Shown: one piece after another, positions 17,553 to 27,977 of the stretch | Numbering within the stretch: position 1 is the first letter of the stretch | Layout of the letters: each line of letters starts with the position of its first letter | From: Planctomycetaceae bacterium | GTDB taxonomy: Bacteria > Planctomycetota > Planctomycetia > Planctomycetales > Planctomycetaceae | Length of the DNA stretch: 64,000 bases | Assembly: GCA_003508595.1 (NCBI GenBank) | Contig: DNUF01000128.1 | Span: 21,069 to 85,068 of the forward strand | Direction of reading: 5' to 3' | Position numbers and translations under genes: made by a program | Notes under the pieces: generated by a model | Databases searched by the model: none | What the model was told of the DNA's origin: nothing | What the model saw: the letters and a program-made list of their open reading frames with translations, nothing else

Positions 17553-20078
17553 TCAGTGCTGGAACAGGAATTCCTTCGAGTTCAGCAGCGCCCAACCCAC
17601 ATCTTCCATCGCCAATTTCCGGTCGGGATTGCTGGAGATGTGCTTCTTCGCCGCCTCCAGTTCCTTTTCGACTGGTTTGCGACAGAGAGCGGCGAGATAC
17701 AGTTGGGTGATGATCTCGTCATCGGACTTGTTGGCGTCAACCATCTGGTGGATCCGCCCCTTGGCATCCCGCAGCTTGTTGTGCACCACGGGGCCATTGA
17801 TCATCTGCAGGGCCTGCGACAGGTTCGACTCATTCGACCGCTCGCACTGGCAGGCCATCTCACGCTGGGGCTGACCGAAAATCTTCAGGAAGTAGTGATC
17901 GGCCGGGGGCTCGATCAATTCGGTCGCCCGGGTTCCCGGAGGAGCACCGGGGAACGTCTCGGGGACCGCGGTCACCGCACAGATCGAATCGAGCAACTGC
18001 TCGGCCGACAGCAACCGGGTGTTGGCGTGCGAGAAGTAGATCTCGTCGTTGGCATTGAACTGGTTCTTCCGGCTGCTGAGCTGATAGGTCCGACTCTTCA
18101 TGATCATCTTCACCGCCCACTTGCGGCTGAAGTTGTTCTTGGCAAACTCGGCAGCCAGACGTTCCAGCAGGGTCGCATTCGAGGCGGGATTCGAGTCGCG
18201 GAAGTCATCCACGGGCTCAACAATTCCACGTCCCATCAACTGACCCCAGATCCGGTTGACCGACGCCTTGGCGAAGAACGGATTCTCGGGAGCGGTCAGC
18301 CACTGGGCGAAGACTTCCCGCCGATCCTGATCGGCCGGTACATCGACATCCCCCTTCAGCAGCAGGTGGGTCTTCATCTGCTTGCCGGTGCGGGGCTGGG
18401 TCACCTCACCCCCCTTGGCGACGAAGATCACTTCTTCCGTGGCGTCGGCCGCGTTCTTGCGACCGATCCGGGCAAATGCCGCCCCAATGCCGTAGTAGTT
18501 GTCCTGCGTCCACCGCTCAAACGGGTGGTTGTGACACTTCGCACACTGAATGCGAATTCCGAGGAACAACTGGGCAGTGGTCTCAGTCGCATCCTGCGGA
18601 TCGCGACTCGCCCGCCAGTAATTGGCAGCCGGGTTCGAATAGACACTCCCCTTCGCCGTCAACAGGTCTCGGGCGAACTGGTCCATGGGCATGTCGGTCC
18701 GAACGCACTCGTACAACCACTGGCGGAACTTCGCCACACCGGTGGGATTCAACCGCTTGGCATTGGCCCGCAGAACATCGCCGAGGGTCAGAGTCCAGTT
18801 GGAGGCGAAGTCATCGGTTTCGACCAAGGCGTCGACCAGCAGGTCGCGCTTGTTGGGAGCGGCGTCAGCCAGGAACCGTTCCGATTCCTCAACGGTCGGC
18901 AAACGTCCCGTCGCGTCGAGGTAGGCCCGCCGCAGGAACTCTTCGTCACTGCACACGTCCGACGGCAGGATCTGCAGTTGCTTCAACTTGCCAAACACAT
19001 AGGTGTCGACGAAGTTGTTCTCGGGAGGATTGTTCCATGCAAAGCCAGGCACATCTTCCAGGAAGGTGATGTACGAGGTGGCCATCTTGTCGAGATACCG
19101 GGCGAGAATCGCTGTCTCACCGCGCGAGACCTTCTCAACCAGGCCATCTTCACCCACCCTGGCGACCGTTTCCGCCGACGATGAGTAGCAGGCGATCTGC
19201 GTCACATCGCGGATCGAACCATCCGAGTAATGGGCGAGCACCAGCAACTGCTGACGGTTCCCATCCTTCTGGAAGACACGGCCTTCAGGCAGCACCTGGA
19301 TGCTGGTCACGTCGGGCTCGGTCCCCGGGTCGAGACGCAAACCTTCCGAAATCCAGCCTTCCATGATCTTGTGGGAGGGGTCACCCTTCTTGAGACGGCG
19401 TCCCCCGCCATGCGCCAACTCCATCAATGGCTTGCGGAGCAGCAGACTCTCTTCAGGAGCCACAATGTTTGTCCGGCGGCCGTAGTACTCGGTCCGCAGG
19501 GTCATGATGTCGAGTGGCGGATCATACGCCCGCAACGACAGGCGGAATCCCCCCTTGCCTGAGGGAGACCCGTGACACGCCCCGAGATTGCAGCCCGATT
19601 TCGTCAGGGCGGCCAGCATCTCGTTCTTGAAGCTGAACGGATGGGCGTTCTCCATCCCCTGCACTGTCACATCCACCTTGGCGGCCTTGCCCGCCACCAC
19701 GGCCAGAATCTGGCAGGTCCCATTTCCGATTGGCAGAATCACCCCGTTTTCCACCCGGGCAACCTGCGGATTGTTGGAAACAAACTCAGTCGCCGGCGTG
19801 AGATCACGCACTTCCCCGGTGGCATAGTTGCCCGTGGCGAGCAGTTGCTGACGGGAACGTCGCCCCGCCAGGGTCACCTTCTCGGGTATCAGGGTCAGCG
19901 AGGCGGGCTCACCCACAACGATGCCAGCCGCAGGGGCCGGTGCAGCGGCGGGCTTGCCTTCCGCCGCGTGGGAGGTGCCGGCCGAAACGGCCAACAGAGC
20001 CACGAGAGCCAAGTGGCTCCAGGCACGCCAGTTCGAGAGCAGTTGGGGCATGGGAATTCGCTCCAGTGGAGACTGCAT
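17553..20078 (-). CDS. Ig-like (Big_2) + DUF1549/DUF1553 (PSCyt/PSD) domain protein
   Basis: Signal peptide, then a Big_2-like segment (NGTCQILAVVAGKAAKVDVTV), then GCNLGACHG, IQCAKCHNHPFERW and a DUF1553-like C-terminus. An alternative ATG lies at 20051. Confidence 0.85.
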   Translation of the reverse strand: MQSPLERIPMPQLLSNWRAWSHLALVALLAVSAGTSHAAEGKPAAAPAPAAGIVVGEPASLTLIPEKVTLAGRRSRQQLLATGNYATGEVRDLTPATEFVSNNPQVARVENGVILPIGNGTCQILAVVAGKAAKVDVTVQGMENAHPFSFKNEMLAALTKSGCNLGACHGSPSGKGGFRLSLRAYDPPLDIMTLRTEYYGRRTNIVAPEESLLLRKPLMELAHGGGRRLKKGDPSHKIMEGWISEGLRLDPGTEPDVTSIQVLPEGRVFQKDGNRQQLLVLAHYSDGSIRDVTQIACYSSSAETVARVGEDGLVEKVSRGETAILARYLDKMATSYITFLEDVPGFAWNNPPENNFVDTYVFGKLKQLQILPSDVCSDEEFLRRAYLDATGRLPTVEESERFLADAAPNKRDLLVDALVETDDFASNWTLTLGDVLRANAKRLNPTGVAKFRQWLYECVRTDMPMDQFARDLLTAKGSVYSNPAANYWRASRDPQDATETTAQLFLGIRIQCAKCHNHPFERWTQDNYYGIGAAFARIGRKNAADATEEVIFVAKGGEVTQPRTGKQMKTHLLLKGDVDVPADQDRREVFAQWLTAPENPFFAKASVNRIWGQLMGRGIVEPVDDFRDSNPASNATLLERLAAEFAKNNFSRKWAVKMIMKSRTYQLSSRKNQFNANDEIYFSHANTRLLSAEQLLDSICAVTAVPETFPGAPPGTRATELIEPPADHYFLKIFGQPQREMACQCERSNESNLSQALQMINGPVVHNKLRDAKGRIHQMVDANKSDDEIITQLYLAALCRKPVEKELEAAKKHISSNPDRKLAMEDVGWALLNSKEFLFQH

Positions 20079-20324
20079 GACGACCAGTCGAGGGAAAGCA
20101 GGGCCCTCAACGCATCAACAGATGGTCATTACTCTTTATATCAGCCGGGGAAGGGATTTGCACCCCAGAAGCTGGAGGGAATGACGGCCTTGGGCAATCC
20201 AGCCCCGACCACACCAATCCCAGCAGTTCTCCGGACCCGACTCCGCACGTTCGACAAATTTGCCTGGAACCGGCCCGTTTTGCTCAAGTCCCCGCCACAC
20301 TCTGCGTGGGTTGATTGAACCCCT

Positions 20325-20367
20325 GGACCAATCCGAACCGGGACCAATCCCGAAATTGGACCAATCC
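20325..20367. repeat. three direct copies of GGACCAATCC spaced 16-17 bp apart
   Basis: Exact 10-mers at 20325-20334, 20341-20350 and 20358-20367, in the intergenic region upstream of the PSCyt/PSD gene. Confidence 0.8.
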
Positions 20368-20387
20368 GGCACGGGAGGAATCCTGTC

Positions 20388-20412
20388 GGGGACCGGGCCG
20401 TTCCCGGTCCCC
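20388..20412 (-). terminator. GC-rich hairpin downstream of the PPC-domain gene (possible terminator, no U-tract)
   Basis: Perfect 10 bp stem GGGGACCGGG / CCCGGTCCCC with a 5 nt loop, 63 nt after the stop at 20475. There is no T run on either strand. Confidence 0.35.
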
Positions 20413-20474
20413 ACTTCGCGGCCGCCCAACCGTGCCGGCAGCCCGGATGGTCGGCCGCGCCGGTTCCCGCGTCT

Positions 20475-22781
20475 CTATTCCACGGTCAATGCCACGTTCG
20501 CCGAACCCGCGGCCACCTTCGCATTGCCGTTCATCCCTTCACCATTCACCACAATGTTGTTGACGGCCCCCACGGCCGCGTCCGCCGCCGCTTCCAGTTC
20601 GAGTTCCACTTCGCCCTTGTCGGCAGGAATCATCGTCGCCGGTGCTGCAACCCCCTTGGGGAGATTCGCAAAGGCCAGGGTGATCGGACCGGCAAACGCG
20701 GGGTTTCGCACAGCCGTCACCTTGATCTTCAGCTTGCCCCCCTTGGTGATCTTGGCTCCCCCGAAATCGGGCTTCAGCTCAAAGGGTGCCGCCAATCGGA
20801 GCGTCAGGGCGGGAATCGGCTGTGAACCGGTCGCATTCCCTTGTTTGCCGGTCCCCAGCAGCACGGCACTGAACTGACCCAGCGGGGCCTGATTGTTCGC
20901 CGCGAACACAATCTCGACTTCGTTGGCTCCCTTCGGAACGGGCTTCACAGCCGCAGTCACTCCAGGGGGAAGACCGTTCTGGGCCGGCAGCACCGCCAGG
21001 GCGATTTCCTCGGCGAAGTCCCCTGTCCGGGTCGAAATCACCTTCACTGTCGCTGAGAGATCCTTGCCAAACACGATCTCGGGCTTGTCGGTCTTCAGGA
21101 CAAACAGCGGCGCGGGCATCACACCAACCGCCACGGTCTCTGCCAGGGCCGGCGGCGGGACAGGCAGCGCACTGAAGGCCGCCCGCTGGGCCGCAGAAAC
21201 TGTTGCCACAGCCTGATGGGTCACCGCCCCCTGGGTCGATTTGCCCACGATTTTCAGGTTGTGGATCTTTCCGGCAGGAGCGTTCGGAGCAGCCGCGATG
21301 GTCAGTACGGTGGAGGCCAGTCCCGGTCCAATCACAGTCGGAGTCGCGACAATTCCTTCCGGAGCCCCCGCCAGCGACAGTTCAATCGGTCCCGCGAAAC
21401 TGTTGCGGGTCGCCGAAACCGTGATCGTCGCCAAGCCCCCCGCCGGAATATTCAGCGTGTCGGCCGAGGCGGCCAGATCAAACTTCTCTGCAAACGGGGT
21501 GACGGCAATCCGGTAGGCGAACTCGGTCCCGCCCCGACGGTGCAGGTCTTCCACCACCAGGGTGTAATCCCCGTCGGCGGGGAAGGTGTAGTCCAGGACG
21601 GCATCATTGGTGCCGACGTCATCCGCCGACGCGACCTCGGCACCGTCGGCCTTGAGCAGCCGCAGGAACAGGTCGCAGGGAGATCCCGCCTGTCGGGTGA
21701 CAGCGGTGTAAATGAGACGGGTCCCGGCCTTGGCGGTGAAGACAAACCGGTCAACATCGCCCGCCTTGTCGAACCGGCCATTGAGGCTCCCTTCGACGGG
21801 AACTCGGGTTGACTGGGCCGCTTCGTTGTTCGGTTCGACCTCGACCGCTTCGGGAGCAGTCCCGACAGAGACCACGCCGAATCCACTGCTCTTGGCACCG
21901 GCCCCCTTGGCCGACAGCGAAAGCCACTGCAGGGGACTGTCTCCCGGGAGATTCACGGGGAGAGCGGGGACGCCATCGACGGCGATCCCGGCAAATCCGA
22001 CCTGGGCCGCCGCCCCCTTCTGGATCCCCATCGGGTACGGCACGGTAACCGCCGGGAAGTCACCAATCCGCAGGCGGTAGAAAAAGTTCCCCCCCCCCTG
22101 GAAGCGAATGTCACGGACTTCGACGATGTAATCGCCAGTTTCCTTGATGGTGTAGCTCAGCAGGGAATCGGGAGCGATCCCGGCAGCGTCATCGCTGTAG
22201 GCGAGTTCCCGCCCCTTGGCATCCAGCAGGCGGATCATCGGATCAAGCGGCGAACCGAGGCGGCGCCCCAGAACCTCGATGGTGATTCGCTGACCAGCCG
22301 ACGCGGCGAACTTGTAGTAGTCCCGTGACAGGTTGTCGACGTAACCATCGACCGCTGCGGGAATCGTGATTGCCTGGGCATTGGCCAAAGCCTGGTTCGG
22401 TCGCACCTGGGCCACGCTTGGCAGGTCATCGACCATCACCAGCTTCAGGTTCGAAACCCCACTGGCGTTCGCCATCCGAACGCCATAGACCCCCACGGGA
22501 ACGTCCGGCGGCAACTGCACCCGGTAGGTAATCTCGGCTGCATTGGTCCCATTCCCCGCCACATCGGTGGGCAGAGCCACCATGGCCCCCGGGATGTTCG
22601 ACCAGAACTCGGTCGGACCGGCGAGGCTTCCCCCACGCAGTTTCAGATCGGTCGACTGACCGGGGGCCACAGCCTGCGGAGCCGTGGAACTGATCCCCGG
22701 CTGGGCCGACGCCACAGCGGGAAGAAGCGCCAATCCTGCGACACACGAGAGCGCGACGCGGGCACCAGGACAGAAACGCAT
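20475..22781 (-). CDS. secreted protein with two pre-peptidase C-terminal (PPC) domains
   Basis: Signal peptide (LALLPAVASAQ). Two PPC-like blocks (DYYKFAASAGQRITIEV...GDYIVEVRD...FYRLRIG and VDRFVFTAKAGTRL...GDYTLVVEDL...AYRIAV). GGAG lies 9 nt upstream of the ATG. Confidence 0.8.
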   Translation of the reverse strand: MRFCPGARVALSCVAGLALLPAVASAQPGISSTAPQAVAPGQSTDLKLRGGSLAGPTEFWSNIPGAMVALPTDVAGNGTNAAEITYRVQLPPDVPVGVYGVRMANASGVSNLKLVMVDDLPSVAQVRPNQALANAQAITIPAAVDGYVDNLSRDYYKFAASAGQRITIEVLGRRLGSPLDPMIRLLDAKGRELAYSDDAAGIAPDSLLSYTIKETGDYIVEVRDIRFQGGGNFFYRLRIGDFPAVTVPYPMGIQKGAAAQVGFAGIAVDGVPALPVNLPGDSPLQWLSLSAKGAGAKSSGFGVVSVGTAPEAVEVEPNNEAAQSTRVPVEGSLNGRFDKAGDVDRFVFTAKAGTRLIYTAVTRQAGSPCDLFLRLLKADGAEVASADDVGTNDAVLDYTFPADGDYTLVVEDLHRRGGTEFAYRIAVTPFAEKFDLAASADTLNIPAGGLATITVSATRNSFAGPIELSLAGAPEGIVATPTVIGPGLASTVLTIAAAPNAPAGKIHNLKIVGKSTQGAVTHQAVATVSAAQRAAFSALPVPPPALAETVAVGVMPAPLFVLKTDKPEIVFGKDLSATVKVISTRTGDFAEEIALAVLPAQNGLPPGVTAAVKPVPKGANEVEIVFAANNQAPLGQFSAVLLGTGKQGNATGSQPIPALTLRLAAPFELKPDFGGAKITKGGKLKIKVTAVRNPAFAGPITLAFANLPKGVAAPATMIPADKGEVELELEAAADAAVGAVNNIVVNGEGMNGNAKVAAGSANVALTVE

Positions 22782-23103
22782 GGTGGAGATCTCCGGGGCA
22801 AACAGGCTGCCCGGCTGCGATTCGCGTCTGCCAACCGTGGAAAATGGTCAACCAAACGCATCTCGACAGGGCGGGTGAGCTTCGCGGCCAGCATTCCCCC
22901 CGGGAACGCCGGCCGGAAGGTCGGGGGTGGGGAACTGGCAGGCCGCCGCCACGGCGATGACCCGCCAGTCCATCAAAAGGACCAGAATGCCCGCATGATA
23001 AGGAGGGGGGGGAAGAGGCGTCAAAGCAGCCCCCGCCTCACGACACGATCGCTGTCACCACTGCCGGGATCCCAGTCGTGCCACGAGAACCCTCCGGTCC
23101 GAC

Positions 23104-25422
23104 TCAGGGAGCGACCGGGAGAGCCCGGTTCTTGAGGGCTGCCTCGTCGGCAAAGCCCTCGGGTTCGATCGTTTCGAACCGCCACAACCCCAGGGTCTGG
23201 TCATCGACGGGCAGCAGCCCGGTCGGGACGCCTTCCCCGTCCCGCAGCCCCCGGGAGATTCGCACCTCATCGAGCCAGCCCGAACAACCAATCGCCCGGT
23301 CCACCAGCGTTCCGAACCCCAGCCCGTCATCCGCCGACTTGGCCGCTCCCAGGTTGACCTTCTGGTCGGCCGCCGCCTGGCCATCGACAAAGATCCGGAC
23401 ACGCTCGGGTTCCCGCAGGCAACGGATGAAATGCCACTGCCCATCGGCGATGTCGACCGTGGTTCCCACGTGGTCGGGCTTCATCCCGGGAGAATACAGC
23501 GTCAGGTGGCCGCTCCCCGGCTGTGTGAACAGTTCCCAGTGCGTCGGAGACGACTTCAGCTCGTTCGCCACCAGGATGTTGTAGGTCTGCTTCTGAAAGA
23601 GACGAACCCAGCATTCGACGGTCATCGGCAATTCGTGGTACTCGGCACGCCCCTTCGCGATGGCCCCTCCCTTTCGGGTGTCGAGAGCCTGTCCCGAACG
23701 ACCTTCCCGCAGCAGCCCCTCAACGGAAGGTGCGGCGGTGAGGGCCGGGACCGGGTCACTGGTCGGCGTGAGAGGCACCACCTTCCGTCCTGCCGTCCAG
23801 GCGACGGCGCGCCGCAGCATCTCGCGGGCCTCAAACGTGTTGTAGGTCTGTTCGCTGTGCCCCAGCAGGGTCTGGAAGATCCGCCCCTTGCCATAGGTCG
23901 AGGTCCAGGCCAGCGGTTCGTCTTCACCGGTGACCTTCGACCGCGCGGTGATCAACGGCTCGATCGCCCCTTCTCCCTCCTGCCGGAAGTACAGTTCATC
24001 GGTCACCTCAAACGGCTTGAGCCCCGCCGTGATCGGATCCGACAACCCGGTGGGATGAACCTGAAACCGGCCGAAGGCATCGTGGCCGCTCTTCCCCTTG
24101 TGATTCCACATTCGCCGGACGATTTTCTGGTATTCGGGCCACGCGGCCGCCTCGGCCATCGGCAACGAAAAGTGCCAGGCCCCATTGGCAAAGTGCACCA
24201 GCACCAGTCCCCCTCCCTGCTCGAGGAATTTCACAAACGCCGTCCGCGACTCGGGAGAGAGCGCTGTCGGGTCTTGCCAATTCACATAGTTCTGCACCAC
24301 CACATCGGTGTTTTCCCGCGACAGTTTCGCCAGGTCTTCAATGGTGTGCGAGACTCGCACCTGGACCCGGGCGTCTTTTTCCAGAAGTGCCTGGATCGCC
24401 GGTGTGGTCTTTTCCCAGTTGTGCCACTTGTGGGCCTCATTGCCGGCGTAGATCTGCACCCGCAGCGGGCGGTCATCGACCTCGGCACGGGCGGTTCCCT
24501 CCACCCCCGCGAGCGCAGCGGTGATCTCATCGTGCGTGTAATACCGGGCATCCACCCCTCCGGGAGGAATTTCGGCATGGGCCGTCCACAACAGGGCATT
24601 CAGCACCAGCTTGCGAAACTGGGCCTGCTTCCAATTGTCGTAGAAGTGCCCGCAGGTGGTCCCAAAGCCCCGGCCACCATTGGCCCGCTGGCGTGCCCAC
24701 GCCACCACCCGACCATCGGGTTCACGCCCCTCGATGGCGGGGACGCGCCAGAGGGGGATGATCCCCTCCCGGTCGGTGGCGAATCGCAGGTTGTAGTAGA
24801 ACTCTTCCCGCAGCTTGGTCGATTCGAGTCCCTGCCCGATGGGATGCTCGCCGGCGACCACCTCAACCCCGGTCTCCAGCGTGTTGATGGCCGAGTACCA
24901 CTGGCGCTTGCCGTCGGTCTCCCAGTCAAAATAGCCCCCCGTCCAGTCGAGCACCTGGGGAGCGTATTTGTCGGGCGCGAAGGTGGAGAAGTGAAACGTC
25001 GCGAAGCCGCAACCCCGGGCAACCTGCTTCGCGACAAACTGCACCCGGGCCTCATTGGCGAGAAACGGTGTTTCCTCGAAAAGATCTCCATCGCGACCAT
25101 CGGAGATCACGAGAATGGTGTCGGCCCGTTCGAGGGACGAGGGATCCTCAGGCCAACCGTCGAGAAAAAACTCGGTCACCACCCGATCGCGCACATTCGA
25201 GTTGTCGAGCATCACCTTGATGAGGCGGGCCGACCATCCGTAGTCGTGGATCCCGTTCCCCACCGGTCCATGGCTCTTCTTGCCCGCCACGACGACGACT
25301 CGGCGGGGGATGGCATCCGCCCCCCGGGCTGGTTGGGACCAGCCGAATTCAAGTGCCAGGATCGCGAGCAGGGCGAGCGAGAAACGTGTCACCATTCGAG
25401 AGGATCGGGAGGTGCGGGCCAT
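23104..25422 (-). CDS. secreted ThuA-like (two copies) + LamG/concanavalin-like domain protein
   Basis: I chose the start ATG at 25420-25422 (MARTSRSSRMVTRFSLALLAILA). There are two ThuA-like blocks (VVVAGKKSHG...TTCGHFYDNW and LVLVHFANGAW...FQTLLGH). The C-terminus is Laminin_G_3-like (TVECWVRL...GQWHFIRC...IFVDG...LDEVRISR). Confidence 0.75.
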   Translation of the reverse strand: MARTSRSSRMVTRFSLALLAILALEFGWSQPARGADAIPRRVVVVAGKKSHGPVGNGIHDYGWSARLIKVMLDNSNVRDRVVTEFFLDGWPEDPSSLERADTILVISDGRDGDLFEETPFLANEARVQFVAKQVARGCGFATFHFSTFAPDKYAPQVLDWTGGYFDWETDGKRQWYSAINTLETGVEVVAGEHPIGQGLESTKLREEFYYNLRFATDREGIIPLWRVPAIEGREPDGRVVAWARQRANGGRGFGTTCGHFYDNWKQAQFRKLVLNALLWTAHAEIPPGGVDARYYTHDEITAALAGVEGTARAEVDDRPLRVQIYAGNEAHKWHNWEKTTPAIQALLEKDARVQVRVSHTIEDLAKLSRENTDVVVQNYVNWQDPTALSPESRTAFVKFLEQGGGLVLVHFANGAWHFSLPMAEAAAWPEYQKIVRRMWNHKGKSGHDAFGRFQVHPTGLSDPITAGLKPFEVTDELYFRQEGEGAIEPLITARSKVTGEDEPLAWTSTYGKGRIFQTLLGHSEQTYNTFEAREMLRRAVAWTAGRKVVPLTPTSDPVPALTAAPSVEGLLREGRSGQALDTRKGGAIAKGRAEYHELPMTVECWVRLFQKQTYNILVANELKSSPTHWELFTQPGSGHLTLYSPGMKPDHVGTTVDIADGQWHFIRCLREPERVRIFVDGQAAADQKVNLGAAKSADDGLGFGTLVDRAIGCSGWLDEVRISRGLRDGEGVPTGLLPVDDQTLGLWRFETIEPEGFADEAALKNRALPVAP

Positions 25423-25636
25423 GGGCGGGTTCCAACGGGAGAAACGGGGCACAACTCCAGTCGACGGCCCCAATCGGCGAACACCGATGGTCCCGGACCC
25501 AAACTGGCAGCGTGCCGGGGCGAGCATAATGCCTGCCACCGTCACGGCACAGTCTCACCGCGCTGCGCCAGGCCCAACGCGGTCGGGCGCCACCAGGCAC
25601 AGCCCCGCAACCACATCGACGTTCGACAGTGACGAC

Positions 25637-26749
25637 TCAGGTGGTCGGGGATGCCGCGACAGCCTGCCGAAAGTCGTCGAATTCCACCACGGGTAGCGGC
25701 GACGCACCGGTCATCCGCTCGATCGAGGGGGCATCCTTGAACCCCGAGCCAGTCACCAGGGCGACGACGATCGCATCGCGGGCCAGCTCGCCAGCGGCAC
25801 ACGCCTTCAGCACGGCCGCTGTCGCGGCGGCCCCTGCCGGTTCACAGAAGATCCCCTCTTCACGGGCGAGACGGGCCTGGGTCTCCCAGACCTCGGCATC
25901 CTCGACGAGATGCCCCGTTCCACCGGTTGCGCCACACTCGGCAATCGCGAGGTTTCCATCAATCAGGTTGGGAACCTGCAGGCCGCTGATTTTTGTTTCG
26001 CAGACAATTTCACGTCCCTCAGAATCTCCCCGACGCAGGGCCGAGGCAATCGTGTCATTCCCCCGGGGTTGCACAATCTCGATGCGGGGAACGCGGGAGA
26101 GCCCGCGATGCCTGGCCAACCAACGGAAGCCGCGCGCGATGGCGACGGCCGCTCCACAACCCCCGGCAGGACAGAAGACATGGTCGATCGGCTGGTCGAC
26201 CTGGGCAGGCAGTTCGAGCCCGATTGTCTGCACTCCCGTCATACCCCGGGGGCTGTACCGGTACGCACTGATCTGCATCGCGGAGGCCGGCTGCCCCCCG
26301 AACTCCTGCAGCAGCTCAAACACCTGACCGGTCACTTCCGGACGCAATCCAAAGCCCCGAATGCGATGCAGCCGGGCACCATAGGCCAACAGTTGGCGGC
26401 ACTTCTCAAGAGGAGCGGTTTCGACCAGGGCGACGTGGCAGTCGATCCCGGCGGCAGCACAGTACGCGGCGAGGGCGGCCCCCGTATTCCCGCTGCTCGT
26501 GGCCAGGCATCGGCGCTGACCGCGGGCCAGCATGTCCGAGACCGCCACGGCGGCAAACCGGTCCTTGTACGATCCGGTCGCAGACAGGTTTTCGAGCTTG
26601 AAAAACAGTCCCGGCAACCCCGCACGGGGGCCAATCACCCGCGAACGCACCAGGGGAGTTCCCCCCTCCCCCAGCGTCATCCGGCTGGCCTCGGGGACCG
26701 GTTCGAGTGCTGATGCCCAATCCCAGACACCACGGGTTGAAACCTTCAT
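25637..26749 (-). CDS. PLP-dependent enzyme, threonine synthase-like (fold type II)
   Basis: The segment KLENLSATGSYKDRFA contains the Schiff-base lysine motif. The glycine-rich loop is CPAGGCGAAV. ATG at 26747-26749. Confidence 0.7.
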   Translation of the reverse strand: MKVSTRGVWDWASALEPVPEASRMTLGEGGTPLVRSRVIGPRAGLPGLFFKLENLSATGSYKDRFAAVAVSDMLARGQRRCLATSSGNTGAALAAYCAAAGIDCHVALVETAPLEKCRQLLAYGARLHRIRGFGLRPEVTGQVFELLQEFGGQPASAMQISAYRYSPRGMTGVQTIGLELPAQVDQPIDHVFCPAGGCGAAVAIARGFRWLARHRGLSRVPRIEIVQPRGNDTIASALRRGDSEGREIVCETKISGLQVPNLIDGNLAIAECGATGGTGHLVEDAEVWETQARLAREEGIFCEPAGAAATAAVLKACAAGELARDAIVVALVTGSGFKDAPSIERMTGASPLPVVEFDDFRQAVAASPTT

Positions 26750-26895
26750 GCTGTCTGTTCGGACTCCCGTCACTGGGGGAAACTCAGCTCAAGCGAATGC
26801 ACTCTCGCGAGGGCGCAACCATTCCGAAACGAGGCCGTCACCAATTCGAATTGGTCGGCATTCGGCGGCGGTGATCTGTCAGATGCGACCGGCTC

Positions 26896-27939
26896 TCACT
26901 TGGGAGGGCGTCCGCGACGGCCGGTGCGCGGTGCCGGGGCATGGTTCCGGGAAATGATCCCCTGGGCCTGCTGGACAATATCGGCCCGCAATTCGGGAGG
27001 TTCGAGAACCTGGCATTCCGAACCCCACGACAAAATCCAGCGGCGGATCTCGATGAATGAATTCAACTTGATCTCGAAGATCACCCCGCCATCCTTCGTG
27101 GGCGAGAGAGTCTGGCTCTCGTTCCAGACCTTTTCCTTCACGTACCTGGCCGCGGTCGGGGCAAACGCGAGCCGAATCGTCTTGAGGGGGGCGTCGGGCT
27201 CTCCCACCACCCGGAAACTTCCAGCAAGAAATTCATTGATGTTGAACGACGCGGGAACCGAAAAACTCTGCCCGGTGAACTTGATCTTGCGGACCCGGTT
27301 CGGGGCGAACGTTCGCTGTGCCTTCCGCAGATGACACCAGCCCACCACGTACCATTCCCCATCGATGCAGCTGAGATGCCAGGGATCGACGGTGCGGACC
27401 GTGGTGTCATCGCGGCCGGCCGACCAATAGACCATCTTGACCTGCTTGCGGTGCAGGACCGCATCGGCCAGCTTGCGGAAGATCTCGATATCCTGCCGGG
27501 TGGTGTGCGATTTCTGAACCGAGTGCGCCTGCTGGATGGTTTCCCACTGGACAGTCACCTGCTCGGGAAGCAGATCGGCCATGCGGCTCAGCGACCTTTT
27601 CAACTGCGCATGGGCGGGGGTGCCCCGGAAGTCATCAAGCACACGCGCCCCCAGGAACATCGCCAGCAGGTCCCCCTGCGACACACTGAAGTCGGGCAGA
27701 CGCCAGTTGAGATCGGTGTATCGCCAGCCATTGCGTTCGCGACAGAAGTCGAGCGGTGCCCCCAGTTCGTCCTTCATGAAAATCAGGTCGCGACGAATCG
27801 TTTTCGGATTCATGTTGACCACTTCCGCCAGCAGATCCACCGTGGGGTAGTCCACCGCACGCAGGGCATTGTCAATGACGATCAATCGCCGGAATTGAGG
27901 ACGCTTCGACTGGGGCGGCTGCTTCTGTTTCTGTTTCAT
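26896..27939 (-). CDS. WYL domain transcriptional regulator (HTH-WYL-WCX architecture)
   Basis: Start at ATG 27937-27939 (MKQKQKQ). N-terminal HTH (TVDLLAEVVNMNPKTIRRDLIFMKDELGAPL). WYL core (VKMVYWSAGRDDTTVRTVDPWHLSCIDGEWYVVGWCHLRKAQRTFAPNRV). C-terminal extension ending ECQVLEPPELR. Confidence 0.8.
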   Translation of the reverse strand: MKQKQKQPPQSKRPQFRRLIVIDNALRAVDYPTVDLLAEVVNMNPKTIRRDLIFMKDELGAPLDFCRERNGWRYTDLNWRLPDFSVSQGDLLAMFLGARVLDDFRGTPAHAQLKRSLSRMADLLPEQVTVQWETIQQAHSVQKSHTTRQDIEIFRKLADAVLHRKQVKMVYWSAGRDDTTVRTVDPWHLSCIDGEWYVVGWCHLRKAQRTFAPNRVRKIKFTGQSFSVPASFNINEFLAGSFRVVGEPDAPLKTIRLAFAPTAARYVKEKVWNESQTLSPTKDGGVIFEIKLNSFIEIRRWILSWGSECQVLEPPELRADIVQQAQGIISRNHAPAPRTGRRGRPPK

Positions 27940-27977
27940 GGTCGGTCGGGCGGTTGGTGGGGAACCGGGGCACGGGG

